A stretch of DNA of 64,000 bases, taken from Candidatus Latescibacterota bacterium. GTDB taxonomy: Bacteria > Latescibacterota > UBA2968 > UBA8231. Position numbers and translations under genes: made by a program. Of this stretch, positions 42,201 to 52,826 are shown one piece after another. The notes under the pieces are model-generated. The model did no database searches. It was given only the letters and a program-made list of their open reading frames with translations, and was not told the origin of the DNA. The stretch spans positions 1,888,001 to 1,952,000 of the forward strand of contig CBDETK010000013.1 of assembly GCA_965242865.1 (NCBI GenBank), given 5' to 3'. The stretch's first letter is position 1; each line of letters begins with the position of its first letter.

Positions 42201-43379
42201 TAGGTCAATGCCGAGTCTCGCTTCCCTAAGAAGGCCGTCGCAAACCCCATCAAAGTTGACATCGTGCTGGGAAGGGGGGCCGGAGGTCGTGGGGGTGCAG
42301 CCGAGACCTGCTTCTGAGAACGTAACTTGATCGGAATAGGACAAATCAAGAGCCAGCAAATCAAGAGCCAGCGAGTCTCCTTTATCCCCATCGAGGTTCA
42401 AGTCAATGCCTTTGAGAACCGCCGTCCGCGCCCCCTTGAGCACGATGCGACCCGCCTTGCCTTTGGGATCGAGGGTAATCGTCGTCTTGGCCGACGCCTT
42501 GTTCCGGCGCAGGGTTAGAGACGCAGCCGACGCCGAGTAATCCGTATCGCGCGTCAGGATCGAGTCCGCAGTAACACCAGCCGGGTAATCATCGGCATCA
42601 ACGCCCGCAGCATTGGCGAAAACCAAGTTAAAGGTCTGGTCTGACCGCAGGGTGCCGCCGTTCAAGGTGGCGGTCACGGTGACTTGGGTCGGCCCCGCGT
42701 CCTTGCTCAGACTGGCCGGCGAAAACGAAAGGTCTAACCGACTGCTTAGCTTTTCGTCGTCCGTGACGCGAATCTCCGTCGGCTCAACGGTTTGGCCGCC
42801 GGCAAGACCCTCGATTTTGATGACCAGATCGGGATAGCGTTTGGGGTAGTCGCTGTCAATGCCCCAAGGGATGGTGAACTCGTCATAAGTATTGTAAAAA
42901 CCGCGCTCGTCATTGTCCTTCGGCGTGAGGGAGATCGTCCCAGTGGCCTCTTTCTTGCCCTTGGGAATCACGATAGTCGGCAGGGTGATGGCAAAGCGGC
43001 TGTTGATATGGGCGCGGCTATTGTACCAGTCTTTCCAATCGCTCGCTGGCCTACCGTTGGGCGGCTGGTTATAGTTGAACCAAGTGTTTCCAGGACCAGG
43101 CACAAAACGACCATTCTCAAGATCGAGACGGAAAGCACCACTGCTGGGAGTGGGACTTGTGCCTACAACCAAGGCCACAGCCGTGTTCGCTGTCGCCTCA
43201 GCGTCCATTTTGGCGGTCACTGTGATCGCGGTCTTCCCGCCCTCCTCGCGCACCGTAGGCTTATCTACCGATAGGGTAATAGCCGCTGCCGCTGCACCAG
43301 CCCATCCCAACGCCAAGCTAACGGCCAACAACCCAAAGCCGTAGAAGCGAAACGCACGAAACATTCCCATTGATGTCAT
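39282..43379 (-). CDS. Large secreted Ig-like/Calx-beta-like repeat protein with C-terminal T9SS/FlgD-type sorting domain
   Basis: Signal peptide; repeated DADY...LVIPAG..SG and LPAGLSFDAATRTISGTP units; NYPNPFNP...KKMLLLK tail; start set at MTSMG behind GAGGAG. Confidence 0.85.
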   Translation of the reverse strand: MTSMGMFRAFRFYGFGLLAVSLALGWAGAAAAAITLSVDKPTVREEGGKTAITVTAKMDAEATANTAVALVVGTSPTPSSGAFRLDLENGRFVPGPGNTWFNYNQPPNGRPASDWKDWYNSRAHINSRFAITLPTIVIPKGKKEATGTISLTPKDNDERGFYNTYDEFTIPWGIDSDYPKRYPDLVIKIEGLAGGQTVEPTEIRVTDDEKLSSRLDLSFSPASLSKDAGPTQVTVTATLNGGTLRSDQTFNLVFANAAGVDADDYPAGVTADSILTRDTDYSASAASLTLRRNKASAKTTITLDPKGKAGRIVLKGARTAVLKGIDLNLDGDKGDSLALDLLALDLSYSDQVTFSEAGLGCTPTTSGPPSQHDVNFDGVCDGLLREARLGIDLNGDGVIPPAAPADGSIPEVNADGWVNWAFGLWERDISAGTSAVAEMVAADREFVHTVGDPPSAAYLLESLLPQYVAIPPHFFAIKAAPIVDLKGADDGLTATPATVREGAGQQAITLTVTLKNALEDDARVSFSIEPQAGRRDIDYTVALSDLVIPAGKTSAETTLTLTPVDNSTVNEARSFIVVATVGAGVTEARETITIVDDETLTSEITLTASPGEIKAGTGATDVAVTGTLNGQVFDEDVPVVLVVTTDTDADGDMDDDAATRDTEYTAILRSLVIPAGEISGSTTVSITPLAGGDKKIGLTALKSPVKNADDEDVTVTTAVVTLKDGDPTETPLGVLRFADDIDVVSTVFEYTVGTAIEPFVLPVATGGVGDKTYSVSATLLAGLSFDATTRTLSGTPTMADTATVIYTVIDSAPDPVNTDALSLTFEIGSAPAPTAKVANLTSTHSSVRENGETTAILLTAMLVAPSAKAETVLFTIVAPNTGTPAVRDADYTATLGGSVIIAAGETEGRTLLTLTPLDNEEVDGNRFLGVQAKASGGSAQTDIKIADDETPSTALSLSVSPHTLSEDAVVTEVTVTATLDGKVLDADATVTISVDAASEATRDLDYSALFNPSLVIPAGATSGSLIVLLDPTTDNEDEGRETITLHGSAAGLTSGSAQITLADAGAATTPPPEATPLAFADGTAVDAQEYTAGSAIPVLELPEATGGTGDVTYSVSGLPAGLSFDAATRTISGTPDAATDEAVDVTYTATDGAGATASLTFSIAVNSSLNFGDFFSQFIGLGKIVPTTSADGATIREFVVGQPVEAFALPAGTGGTEPLTYSLSPALPTGVSFDPITRTISGTPQAEGAPVYTYTVTDATGASAAMLLQTRPAAFALTSNYPNPFNPATTIQYALPQAANVQLTVYNVVGQPVRTLVAEHQSAGRYLVGWDATDDSGHSLSSGLYFYCLQAGDEFHAVKKMLLLK

Positions 43380-43600
43380 TTTAATACTCCTCACTTAGTA
43401 TGCGATACGATACCCAAAGGACGGAACTGGAGGGCGACAGCCTGTCTGTTGGAGGCACTAACGGTGACTCAGATCGGCGCACCGAGCGTAGGGAACTCGA
43501 TGCGACGCGCTTCCACTTTGTCGGGGGTGCTGTTGGCATACAGGCAACCAGCGGATGCCAACAGCATGAGCAAGAGATAAATCTCTCTAAGCTCGGGACC

Positions 43601-43651
43601 GGATTTTTCGGGGGGAGGGGGGGGGTAAGTTGTTGTTTTTCAACGACTTAC
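43601..43651 (-). promoter_or_regulatory. Palindrome + poly-C element, copy 3
   Basis: Minus strand GTAAGTCGTTG-AAAAA-CAACAACTTA-C9-T-C6-GAAAAATCC, about 250 nt upstream of the large secreted gene. Confidence 0.6.
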
Positions 43652-43776
43652 AGAAACTGTTTAACATTGTTGCTATTGCGCCAAAGGGGTCCAACCGGGT
43701 GTTTGCTCTCGGTCTGCTCTAATATAAATATGTTCCCAATCCGATACCAACCCTCAGCCTTAGAAGCAGGAATGAC

Positions 43777-43854
43777 GGGGGCCGGCACGGGGGCCGGCCC
43801 CCTACGGTTATGGTTTATTCAACACGACCCAAGGGGGATTTTCAGACAGCCTTC
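43777..43854 (-). repeat. REP-like palindrome plus degenerate MITE end
   Basis: Minus strand GAAGGCTGTCTGAAAATCCCCCTTGGGTCGTGTTGAA...CCGTAGGGGGCCGGCCCCCGTGCCGGCCCCC; resembles the 35660-35701 MITE end and the 33315 REP. Confidence 0.65.
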
Positions 43855-45157
43855 CAGAAAGCCGCCGACACTCCAAGTAGTAGCGCTTCTCTGTGGCCTC
43901 GCCCAGCGAAAACGTCTTGCGCGGCGTGGCTCCGTCGGCTGCAATCGTCTTGAACAAGTCGCGCTTGTCCATGGTCGGCAGAAAGAAGCCGATGCGGTCC
44001 GGCCCCGTAGCCAACTGCTCTAGCGCATCCTCGCCGTGAATGTAGTCGAGGCGAGCGCGGGGATGCGCGTCGAGATAGCGGTCCAAAAAGACCTGCAGGG
44101 ACGCGACTTCAAGCTGGAAGCCAGACTCGGCCATGCCCAACAGGCCGCGCTCGGCCCCGCTTATGTAGGGAATGTGGTGCCCCGGGCCGAGGGCCGCTAC
44201 GCGGCAGGCCGCTTCCCACTCGTCCCGATCGGCAAAGGTCCGACGGCTAAATCCCCCCTCTGTGTAGTAAGTCTCCATGGCCCGCAAGAGATCGGCCGCA
44301 TCTACCCCAAAAACCACCCGATGGATCGGCGTGAACTCCAGCCCTTCGTCGTGGATATTGACTAGTTCGGCCAAAGCGTAGCGCGCCGGGTGATTCATTA
44401 TCCGCTCGTCCCCTGCTGCTGCCTTGAGACGCTCCCACACCGCACGCGCGGTGGCAAAGGAGTGGTTGCCGTCGCCCAGCGCGTAGAGCAGCGGCGGCGC
44501 ACCGCTGGCGAAGCCGGCGAGGTGCCCGGCGATCGCAGCGATCCGCGTCTCATCGTCGATATGCCAGCCTCTAAGGCGGCCACCGCCTAGCATCAGCTCG
44601 ACATCGTAGGCCGGCTGCAAATTTTCTTGGCCCAGCGGCTCAATCACCGTCTGCTGCGGGTCGTCGATCAGCACGATGATGTGCGGCGTTTCCAGCGACG
44701 CCTGCTCCCGCACCTGAATCCTCGGGGGCAATCGGCTCTGGTCCGTGCCCTCGGTCGGGCGAATCAGGGTTCGCGCTCCGTCTCGGTAGTCGTACTGCTC
44801 CAAGTCCAAGGCGACGACCAGTCCCCGACGCGGCACCGCACGCCCCACCTCCCGCTCCACCAGCATAAAACCGGGCGGCTGCTCTACCAGCATGCCGCTC
44901 GTGAGATACTCCTGCATCCGCTGGTTAATGCCGGCGATGGTCTGGTCGTGGCCCGCCGCCTTGAGATAGGCTTCGGGAAAAATTAGCTGGAGCGTCGAAG
45001 GATCCGCGCCGACAATCTCCCGCACTTTCTCCCAGTATTCGGGCTGGGAGGTGTACTGATCGCAGGCAATGACCGCCCACGTTTCGAGGGAAATGTCGGC
45101 GCGCGGCAAGAGCAGGGACGGAACGTGCAGGGCGGCCTCGGGATAGTATCGCTGCAT
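43808..45157 (-). CDS. DUF1015-family protein
   Basis: WAVIACDQYTSQPEYW, GDGNHSFATA, PRKTFSLGEA motifs. Confidence 0.8.
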   Translation of the reverse strand: MQRYYPEAALHVPSLLLPRADISLETWAVIACDQYTSQPEYWEKVREIVGADPSTLQLIFPEAYLKAAGHDQTIAGINQRMQEYLTSGMLVEQPPGFMLVEREVGRAVPRRGLVVALDLEQYDYRDGARTLIRPTEGTDQSRLPPRIQVREQASLETPHIIVLIDDPQQTVIEPLGQENLQPAYDVELMLGGGRLRGWHIDDETRIAAIAGHLAGFASGAPPLLYALGDGNHSFATARAVWERLKAAAGDERIMNHPARYALAELVNIHDEGLEFTPIHRVVFGVDAADLLRAMETYYTEGGFSRRTFADRDEWEAACRVAALGPGHHIPYISGAERGLLGMAESGFQLEVASLQVFLDRYLDAHPRARLDYIHGEDALEQLATGPDRIGFFLPTMDKRDLFKTIAADGATPRKTFSLGEATEKRYYLECRRLSGRLSENPPWVVLNKP

Positions 45158-45163
45158 CGCCAG

Positions 45164-45991
45164 CTAACCGAGCAACGGTCTGGCCCAAGCCGAAAAAATC
45201 GGGAAGATCGCCTCTGGAGCCGCCAGTTCGGGGTGCCAGCGCTTCTCGTGCTCAAACATGATCCAGCCGTCGTACCCGTGCTCCTTGAGCAGGGCGATTG
45301 CCTCGGCCAAGGGCAATTGGCCGGTGCCCGGCCGCACGTACCGCCAACCGTCCCGCATCGCTTCGGCGTGGTCGGGATCGTAAATGGCGTCCTTGACGTG
45401 GGTATAGCCGATGCGCGGTCCCACCGCCTGATAGGTCTGCTCCGGCGACTCCGCCCCTACGCGCGCGGTGTGGCCCATGTCCCAGAGTACGCCGAACGCC
45501 TCGTTGGGAATGCGGTTGAGCAGCAGCTTGCACTCCACCGCCTTGATCCACTCGTCGTGGGTTTCAAAAAGCCACTTGAGTTGGCCGGCCCCATCCAATT
45601 CCAAGATCTGTTCCATCGTCTCCCGCCCGATGTCGGCCAGCTCCTCCTTGGAGTAGGTCTTGGAATCGCCGCCGCCAAACACTCGGATCGCTCCACAGCC
45701 CAACGCCTGGGCCACCGGGATCGAGCGTCTCGCTTCCTCTACGTTCTCCTCGCGCTTCTCCGGCACGCAGACCCGGATGCTGGAGCTGATCCCCGAGACC
45801 TCCAAGCCAGCAGCGGCTAGCTGGCGTCGGGTGTGGGCCACGCCGCTGGTGAACGCCGGCAATCGGGTAATGTCCATCGTCTCCTGCAACCCGCGGAAAT
45901 CGACGCCGTCGTAGCCGTATTCGCGGCCCCGGCGGCAAATGGTATCCAAGTCCCAATCGGGACAGCCCAACGTCGTAAAGCTGATTTTCAT
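45164..45991 (-). CDS. Sugar phosphate isomerase/epimerase (xylose-isomerase-like TIM barrel)
   Basis: ETHD, WDMGH, HVKD, FEHE metal ligands; start re-set to MKISFTT behind AGGAG. Confidence 0.85.
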   Translation of the reverse strand: MKISFTTLGCPDWDLDTICRRGREYGYDGVDFRGLQETMDITRLPAFTSGVAHTRRQLAAAGLEVSGISSSIRVCVPEKREENVEEARRSIPVAQALGCGAIRVFGGGDSKTYSKEELADIGRETMEQILELDGAGQLKWLFETHDEWIKAVECKLLLNRIPNEAFGVLWDMGHTARVGAESPEQTYQAVGPRIGYTHVKDAIYDPDHAEAMRDGWRYVRPGTGQLPLAEAIALLKEHGYDGWIMFEHEKRWHPELAAPEAIFPIFSAWARPLLG

Positions 45992-46005
45992 GGTCTCTCT
46001 CCTGA

Positions 46006-46123
46006 GTACGCGACACTTACTTTGATTCCGCCTTTTCTGGTATTCCCGGTGCGTCCGGGATCGAGGGCGTCCCGCCCTCGACGAGGGCAAGATCCGTGAA
46101 AGGCGGAAACTGGTGTCGTGTAG
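46006..46123. mobile_element. About 118-bp MITE, second family
   Basis: GTACGCGACAC ... GTGTCGTGTAG (9/11 IR) plus sub-terminal TTCCGCCTTT/AAAGGCGGAA; flanks TGA/TAA; internal REP-like GAGGGCGTCCCGCCCTC. Confidence 0.65.
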
Positions 46124-46136
46124 TAAGGCATCCTTT

Positions 46137-47699
46137 TCACCGCATGAGATCGGCGATGCGCTCGCCGATGGCCATGGAGGTAATGTTGGTGTTGGCGCGC
46201 ACGCAGTCGGGCATAATGGCTGCGTCGGCCACGCGCAGGTTTTTGAGGCCGTGAACTTGGCCGTACTGATTGACGACCGCCATGGAGTCGCTCGCCGGTC
46301 CCATCTTGCAAGTCGAGGAGATGTGGTGGCTGGTGCCCACTTCGCGCCGCATCCACTCGTCGAGCGCGTCGTCCGTGGCGAGTTCAGCGTTGGTTGGGCC
46401 GATGCGCTCGGCCACGAGCGCGTCGAGCGCGTCGTGTTTGAGCAGGTCCAAGATGATGTGGATGGATTCGCGCAGGCGGGTGCGGTCTGAAGCCTCGGCC
46501 AAGTAGTTGTAATCGAGCACGGGCTGCACGTGCGGGTCGGCGGAAGCCAGTTTGAGTTCGCCCTGTCCCTCCGCCAAGTAGATGCAGCCGACCAAGTAAA
46601 AGCCCAAGGGTTTGGAATGCGACTCCGTGTAGTACCCCTCGGTCGTGGCAAAGGAGGCCGGGATAATGAACATGTCGTTGCGCCAGTCCGATCCAGTGGC
46701 GGTGTAGCGCAGGCCAATTTGCAGCCGCGGCTCCGTGCCGTCGCCGAGGAACTCGTCCTTGGCCCGCAAGGTCACGCTCACTTGCGGATGGTCGCGCAGA
46801 TTTTGCCCGACGCCAGCGAGGTCGCACACCACGTCAACGCCGAGGGCCTCCAAGTGCGCGGCTGGCCCGACGCCCGACAGCAAGAGCAGGTGCGGCGAGC
46901 CAATAGCCCCGCCGCACAGGACGATTTCGCCGCCGTGAACCGCAGAGAGGACGCCGTCGCGCTCGACGAGCAGGCCGGTCGCGCGCGGGCCGGCAAAGAG
47001 CACGCGCTGGACCCGGGTGTTGGCTTGAATGGTGAGATTGGGGCGGCCGCGAGCCGGGTTGAGGTAGCCGAGGTTAGCACTCCAGCGAATGCCCTCGGCG
47101 TTGTTGAGGGCCAAGGGGCCGACGCCAGTGGAAGCCGGGTCGTTGTGATCCGGGCAGTCGGGGTAGCCAGCCGTGTGTGCGGCCTCGTAAAAGGCGCGGT
47201 GCTCTGGGTTGAGCTCGTGGTCTTTGAACCGCCGAGCGCGAATGGGGCCGTCGGCACCGTGGTACGGGGCGTCGCCGTAGTCGGGATCGGATTCGAGGCG
47301 GCACAAAAAGGGCAACAGGGCGTCGTGGCTCCACAGATCGTTGCCAGCCGCGGCCCATGAATCGTAGTCTTCGGGCACTCCGCGCAAAAAGATCTGCGCG
47401 TTGATCGCACTCGACCCGCCGACGATTTTGCCGCGCGGCACAAAGAAGTCGGGGCGCAGGTCCGTGGCTCGGGCGCGGTATCCCCAGCCATATCGAGTGC
47501 CCACGCCAAAGGCGCGCGCCCAAATGTTGCGATCGCGCCCATAAGCGAAGCGAATCTCCGCGGGCAAGTCTGCAACCGTTGCGAAATCCGGCCCGGCCTC
47601 CAGCAGCAAGACCGACCGACTCGGATCCTCGCTGAGCCGCGCCGCGAGAACCGCACCCGCAGCACCCGCCCCGGCAATGACGACATCGTACGTGGACAT
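46137..47699 (-). CDS. GMC-family FAD oxidoreductase (choline dehydrogenase-like)
   Basis: GAGAAG FAD motif, GKIVGGSSAIN, LLLLSGVG, NLRDHP, NLRVADA, ANTN. Confidence 0.92.
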   Translation of the reverse strand: MSTYDVVIAGAGAAGAVLAARLSEDPSRSVLLLEAGPDFATVADLPAEIRFAYGRDRNIWARAFGVGTRYGWGYRARATDLRPDFFVPRGKIVGGSSAINAQIFLRGVPEDYDSWAAAGNDLWSHDALLPFLCRLESDPDYGDAPYHGADGPIRARRFKDHELNPEHRAFYEAAHTAGYPDCPDHNDPASTGVGPLALNNAEGIRWSANLGYLNPARGRPNLTIQANTRVQRVLFAGPRATGLLVERDGVLSAVHGGEIVLCGGAIGSPHLLLLSGVGPAAHLEALGVDVVCDLAGVGQNLRDHPQVSVTLRAKDEFLGDGTEPRLQIGLRYTATGSDWRNDMFIIPASFATTEGYYTESHSKPLGFYLVGCIYLAEGQGELKLASADPHVQPVLDYNYLAEASDRTRLRESIHIILDLLKHDALDALVAERIGPTNAELATDDALDEWMRREVGTSHHISSTCKMGPASDSMAVVNQYGQVHGLKNLRVADAAIMPDCVRANTNITSMAIGERIADLMR

Positions 47700-47737
47700 G
47701 AACACCTCCTAGGTTCGGGTCTAATGTAATATCGCCC

Positions 47738-47905
47738 AACGGCCTACCCATTGCCACCGTCGAACTCAAAAACGCCTTCACCGGCCAGCGCAGTAGGCAC
47801 ACCATTCAGCAATACAAATACAAAGCCCGTGTGCCCACTTCCAAGACGCCCCTGATCCAATTCAAAAAACGCGCCCTCGTGCATTTTGCCGTCGATACCG
47901 ACGAA
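47738..47905 (+). pseudogene. Fragment of a type I restriction endonuclease HsdR
   Basis: Manual translation NGLPIATVELKNAFTGQ...IQQYK...PLIQFKKRALVHFAVDTDE; no start, flanks unrelated. Confidence 0.75.
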
Positions 47906-47988
47906 GCGCACCAACTGGAAGCAGACATCCGCAATACCCTCAGCGACGCCTTGTGCAAGCAGCTCTGCCGCACGGCCCGAGAGGCCCT

Positions 47989-48017
47989 TTGACGCCTTCT
48001 TGCTCTTGGCCTACTGT
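47989..48017 (+). promoter_or_regulatory. Candidate promoter for uronate isomerase-fumarase
   Basis: TTGACG-N17-TACTGT 30 nt before the ATG at 48048. Confidence 0.4.
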
Positions 48018-48047
48018 TATGCCCTCATCCCGACAGGAGCCTCCGCC

Positions 48048-49316
48048 ATGAGCACCGCTGCCCTATCCCGCGCCCAAATCCCCGCCATCGTCGCCGAAGA
48101 GACCGCGCCCCAACGGCTGATCATCAACGACTGGCACACCCATCTCCTCGGCCCCAAAGCCGGGCCTCAGCTCTGCCTGTACGGCATCGACCACCAGCTT
48201 ACCTATCACTACGTGCGCCGCAAGCTCTTTGCCGCCAGCCACATCGACCCGGCCACCTTCTACTCGTGGAGTTTAGAACAACAAGGCGATTTTACTTGGC
48301 AGAAGCTCTTTGCCGACGCTGCTTCCGACCCATTCGACGAAGGCTGTCGCGGCGTGGTCGTCGCGCTAGCAGCCCTCGGCCTCGACCCCAACGCGGCCAC
48401 GCTGGCCGAGGCGCGTCAATTTTACGCCGACACCGCCCCAGCCGAAATACAACGCCGCTGCATGGAGCTGGCCGGTGTGCGCCGCATCGTCGGCACCCAA
48501 GACGTGTTCAACGACCTAGAGCGCGCGTACTACGAAAGCGGCGAGTGGGACGAGCATTATCTATCCGGGTATCGCCTCGACGAGCTCGTCTTGCACTACC
48601 CGCGTGCGGCCGGGCGGCTCAACGCTTGGGGCTATGCCGTCGGCAACGACCCCAGCCAGCCGGCTACGGCCGCGGCCATTCGCCGCTTCCTCGCCGACTG
48701 GTACGACAAGCTGCACGGCGTGGCGTACGGCGCGTGCTCGTTCCCACCCCATTGCCCAGTCCACGATCTCAGCGGGCTAGCGGGCGCAGTTCTCCACCAC
48801 GCAGTGCTGCCGGCCCTGCGCGAGTTTAAGCTCCCCTTCTTTATGATGCCCGGCCCCATTCGCCAACTCAACCCCGAGTGGCGCGACGCCGGCGACGGCG
48901 TAGGGCTGGCCGACATGCACCCCTACCAGCAGCTCGTGCGCCGCCATCCCGACAACGCCTTCTTCATCACGCCGCTCCACAACGCCAACCAGTACGACGC
49001 CAGCGTCCTCTCCTGCCACAACGACAACGTCCTGGTCATTGGCCACTGGTGGTTCAACTACCATCCGGGCTTAGTCGAACGGGATCTGCGGACGCGCCTC
49101 GAAATGACCGGCGACCGCTTCATCCCCTTTAACTCAGACGCGCGCGTACTGGAAAACCTCATCCCCAAGTGGCAGCGCTTCCGCGCCATCCTCGCCCACG
49201 TCCTAACCGAAAAGTACCAAGACCTGCACGACGCCGGCCGGCACGTAACTCGCGCGGGCATCGCCCACACCCTCCAGACCTTGTTCACGCCCAACCGCTT
49301 TGCCCAACTCGCCTAA
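48048..49316 (+). CDS. uxaC: Glucuronate/uronate isomerase (Bacillus halodurans BH0493-like amidohydrolase)
   Basis: [29 protein letters not shown]; start re-set behind AGGAG. Confidence 0.8.
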   Translation: MSTAALSRAQIPAIVAEETAPQRLIINDWHTHLLGPKAGPQLCLYGIDHQLTYHYVRRKLFAASHIDPATFYSWSLEQQGDFTWQKLFADAASDPFDEGCRGVVVALAALGLDPNAATLAEARQFYADTAPAEIQRRCMELAGVRRIVGTQDVFNDLERAYYESGEWDEHYLSGYRLDELVLHYPRAAGRLNAWGYAVGNDPSQPATAAAIRRFLADWYDKLHGVAYGACSFPPHCPVHDLSGLAGAVLHHAVLPALREFKLPFFMMPGPIRQLNPEWRDAGDGVGLADMHPYQQLVRRHPDNAFFITPLHNANQYDASVLSCHNDNVLVIGHWWFNYHPGLVERDLRTRLEMTGDRFIPFNSDARVLENLIPKWQRFRAILAHVLTEKYQDLHDAGRHVTRAGIAHTLQTLFTPNRFAQLA

Positions 49317-49351
49317 GCACATCCCAATCCTCAACGGAGGTTTTACCCCCA

Positions 49352-50977
<1,626 letters not shown>

Positions 50978-50998
50978 GCTTCATGCGATACCCTGAGA

Positions 50999-51130
50999 AG
51001 CCAGCTGTATCCCAGTGAAGCAGCGGTCACTGTAGTGGGCCGCCTCAATAAGGCGATGGCCGATCAACTGACGACCGCCAGCAAGGAGCGGCTCACCAAG
51101 AAGATGGGACAGGTGCCCCGCGAAGACCTA
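50999..51130 (+). pseudogene. C-terminal fragment of a PemK/MazF toxin
   Basis: Manual translation QLYPSEAAVTVVGRLNKAMADQLTTASKERLTKKMGQV resembles the MazF C-half; N-half absent. Confidence 0.6.
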
Positions 51131-51133
51131 CAC

Positions 51134-51165
51134 AATAAAACCCCGCGCCTTTTCGACGCGGGGTT
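51134..51165 (-). terminator. Intrinsic terminator (possibly bidirectional)
   Basis: AACCCCGCG-loop-CGCGGGGTT followed by TTATT on the minus strand, between convergent genes. Confidence 0.75.
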
Positions 51166-51176
51166 CTCATTTTCTA

Positions 51177-52154
51177 TTAGCGGATGGCAATAGGCCGTCC
51201 CGGCGAGCCAGTGCCGCCTTTGAAGCGGGTCGGCGTAAAGACAAAGAGGAACTCGTACACTTCGTCGGCCAGCACTTCTTCAAAAACCATGTTCTCCAAG
51301 TTGAAGATGCCGTTTTTGGTGATGAGTTCTTGGTGAACCGGGAAAACCAACTTGGGGTCGGGGCCGGGCACCACTTCGGTAGTCCACTGGTCTGAGCCGA
51401 TCATCGAGGGTTTCATGGCGATGATCCACTCGCTCGCCTCCATGCCGATGCCGGGCGGATTGGTGTTGTAGGTTTCGGGGTCCGTCCACAGCTTGGACCA
51501 GCCATAGTTGAAGAGGAGGGCGTCGCCTTCCTCAATGCTGCTTTCGGCGATCCCCTGCTTGGCGAGCGCGCCGCGAATATCCGCGACCGTGACCTCGTAG
51601 CTGTGGTCGAGGCGCTCGACGCCCTTGTACCCGGCAATGTCGATGAGCACTCCGCGGGTGACAAAGGAGCGCACGTGTTCAATGCCCAGCTTGGTCACTC
51701 CGTACGGACTGGACATCTCGCTGGAGGGAACGCCGTTGTAGAACACGTCTTGGGTTGAGCCGTCGGCCATCTTCATGCGCGTACCAATGTGGGCCAGCCC
51801 GTCGAATTGAGTGCCGACTTGGCCGATCTCGGCGCAGAGGAACTCGTCGTAGTACATGAGCATGTTGTTCTCGCCGAAGGGGCCGCCGGTTGGCGAGCCG
51901 GGGGTGATCATAGCGTACGTGCGCTCGCCAAACAGCGGCATGCCGCGCTCGTATATTTGGCCTAGCTCGTACATCTTGCCGGTCTGGACTAGCTGCACGG
52001 CTTTGAGGATGGTCTCGGCGGTGATGCGATTGGACGCGCCGGCTTGGTCGTCGGCCCCCCACTCCGAGGGCCACCAAGGGCCTTGTTCGCGGGTCTGGGA
52101 AAAGCACGGCAGGGACAGGGCGAGCACGAGGAGTGCTGAAGCGAGCGATTTCAT
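51177..52154 (-). CDS. Secreted cyclase-family (kynurenine formamidase-like) metallohydrolase
   Basis: Signal peptide; WGADDQAG, GTQFDGLAH, TRGVLID, PVHQEL, GSPGRPIAI; start re-set to MKSLAS. Confidence 0.85.
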   Translation of the reverse strand: MKSLASALLVLALSLPCFSQTREQGPWWPSEWGADDQAGASNRITAETILKAVQLVQTGKMYELGQIYERGMPLFGERTYAMITPGSPTGGPFGENNMLMYYDEFLCAEIGQVGTQFDGLAHIGTRMKMADGSTQDVFYNGVPSSEMSSPYGVTKLGIEHVRSFVTRGVLIDIAGYKGVERLDHSYEVTVADIRGALAKQGIAESSIEEGDALLFNYGWSKLWTDPETYNTNPPGIGMEASEWIIAMKPSMIGSDQWTTEVVPGPDPKLVFPVHQELITKNGIFNLENMVFEEVLADEVYEFLFVFTPTRFKGGTGSPGRPIAIR

Positions 52155-52165
52155 GGAAAGTCTCC

Positions 52166-52180
52166 TAAGAAGCGGTCTGC
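52166..52180 (+). repeat. Solitary left TIR of the GAAGCGGTCT family
   Basis: TAA-GAAGCGGTCTGC identical to 33092-33106. Confidence 0.65.
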
Positions 52181-52530
52181 GCGTTTGAGTTGGCGTACTC
52201 ATAGAAGTTTCACGACAAACTCTATGGGTACGCCGAGCGGTCAATATGCCACCGATGTAACCGCTGCGCAATGGTTTCTGAAGTAAGCAGGTTGCGGCTC
52301 CTGTGTTTAGGCTCTTAATTATGGCCCGACGGCAAATAACCTTCATCAGAGCCGTACCACCACGTAGCGTCTGGTTGTTTCGTGGTAGCCTTGTAAACCG
52401 CATTTTGGCGGCCCATTTGGGGTTGGCGAATGAACGAGACCATGGGTGAGCATTTCACATCAGACCGGGGCCTTGCTGCGAGGGCCGGGCCTCGTTGGGT
52501 GCTTGGAATCAATGCCGATTTAATGTGTCG

Positions 52531-52572
52531 TAAGTCATTGAAAAACAACGGCTTACCCCCCCCGAAAATTCT
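52531..52572 (+). promoter_or_regulatory. Palindrome + poly-C element, copy 2
   Basis: TAAGTCATTG-AAAAA-CAACGGCTTA-C8-GAAAATTCT. Confidence 0.6.
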
Positions 52573-52826
52573 TCTCTAGCACTAGCACTCCACACTCCAC
52601 TTCTCAGCATCGGCCGACGGCTCGTGTGCGGTCGTTGGGCGTCGCGTCGGTCTGGCCGCGTGGCCCCAAACCGCCCGCGGCTGGCCGGCCTTCGTCTGTA
52701 CGCCGTGTCCTTAGGTTGGGTCCTGTCTAAGTATCGCCCTAGGATGCGCCCCGCCTCTTTGGGGCGTCATGTCCCTTCTTCCAACCTGCATACCATTTCT
52801 TCCCCAACCATACAAAGGAGCAAAAA

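Noticed and set aside
43400-44023. 207-aa plus-strand ORF across the poly-G tract
   Set aside because: It runs through regulatory/repeat DNA and antisense to the DUF1015 gene, with no protein-like features.
45164-46717. 517-aa ORF suggesting a fusion protein
   Set aside because: The N-terminal half is an off-frame read through the GMC gene and a MITE; the real start is at 45991 behind an RBS.
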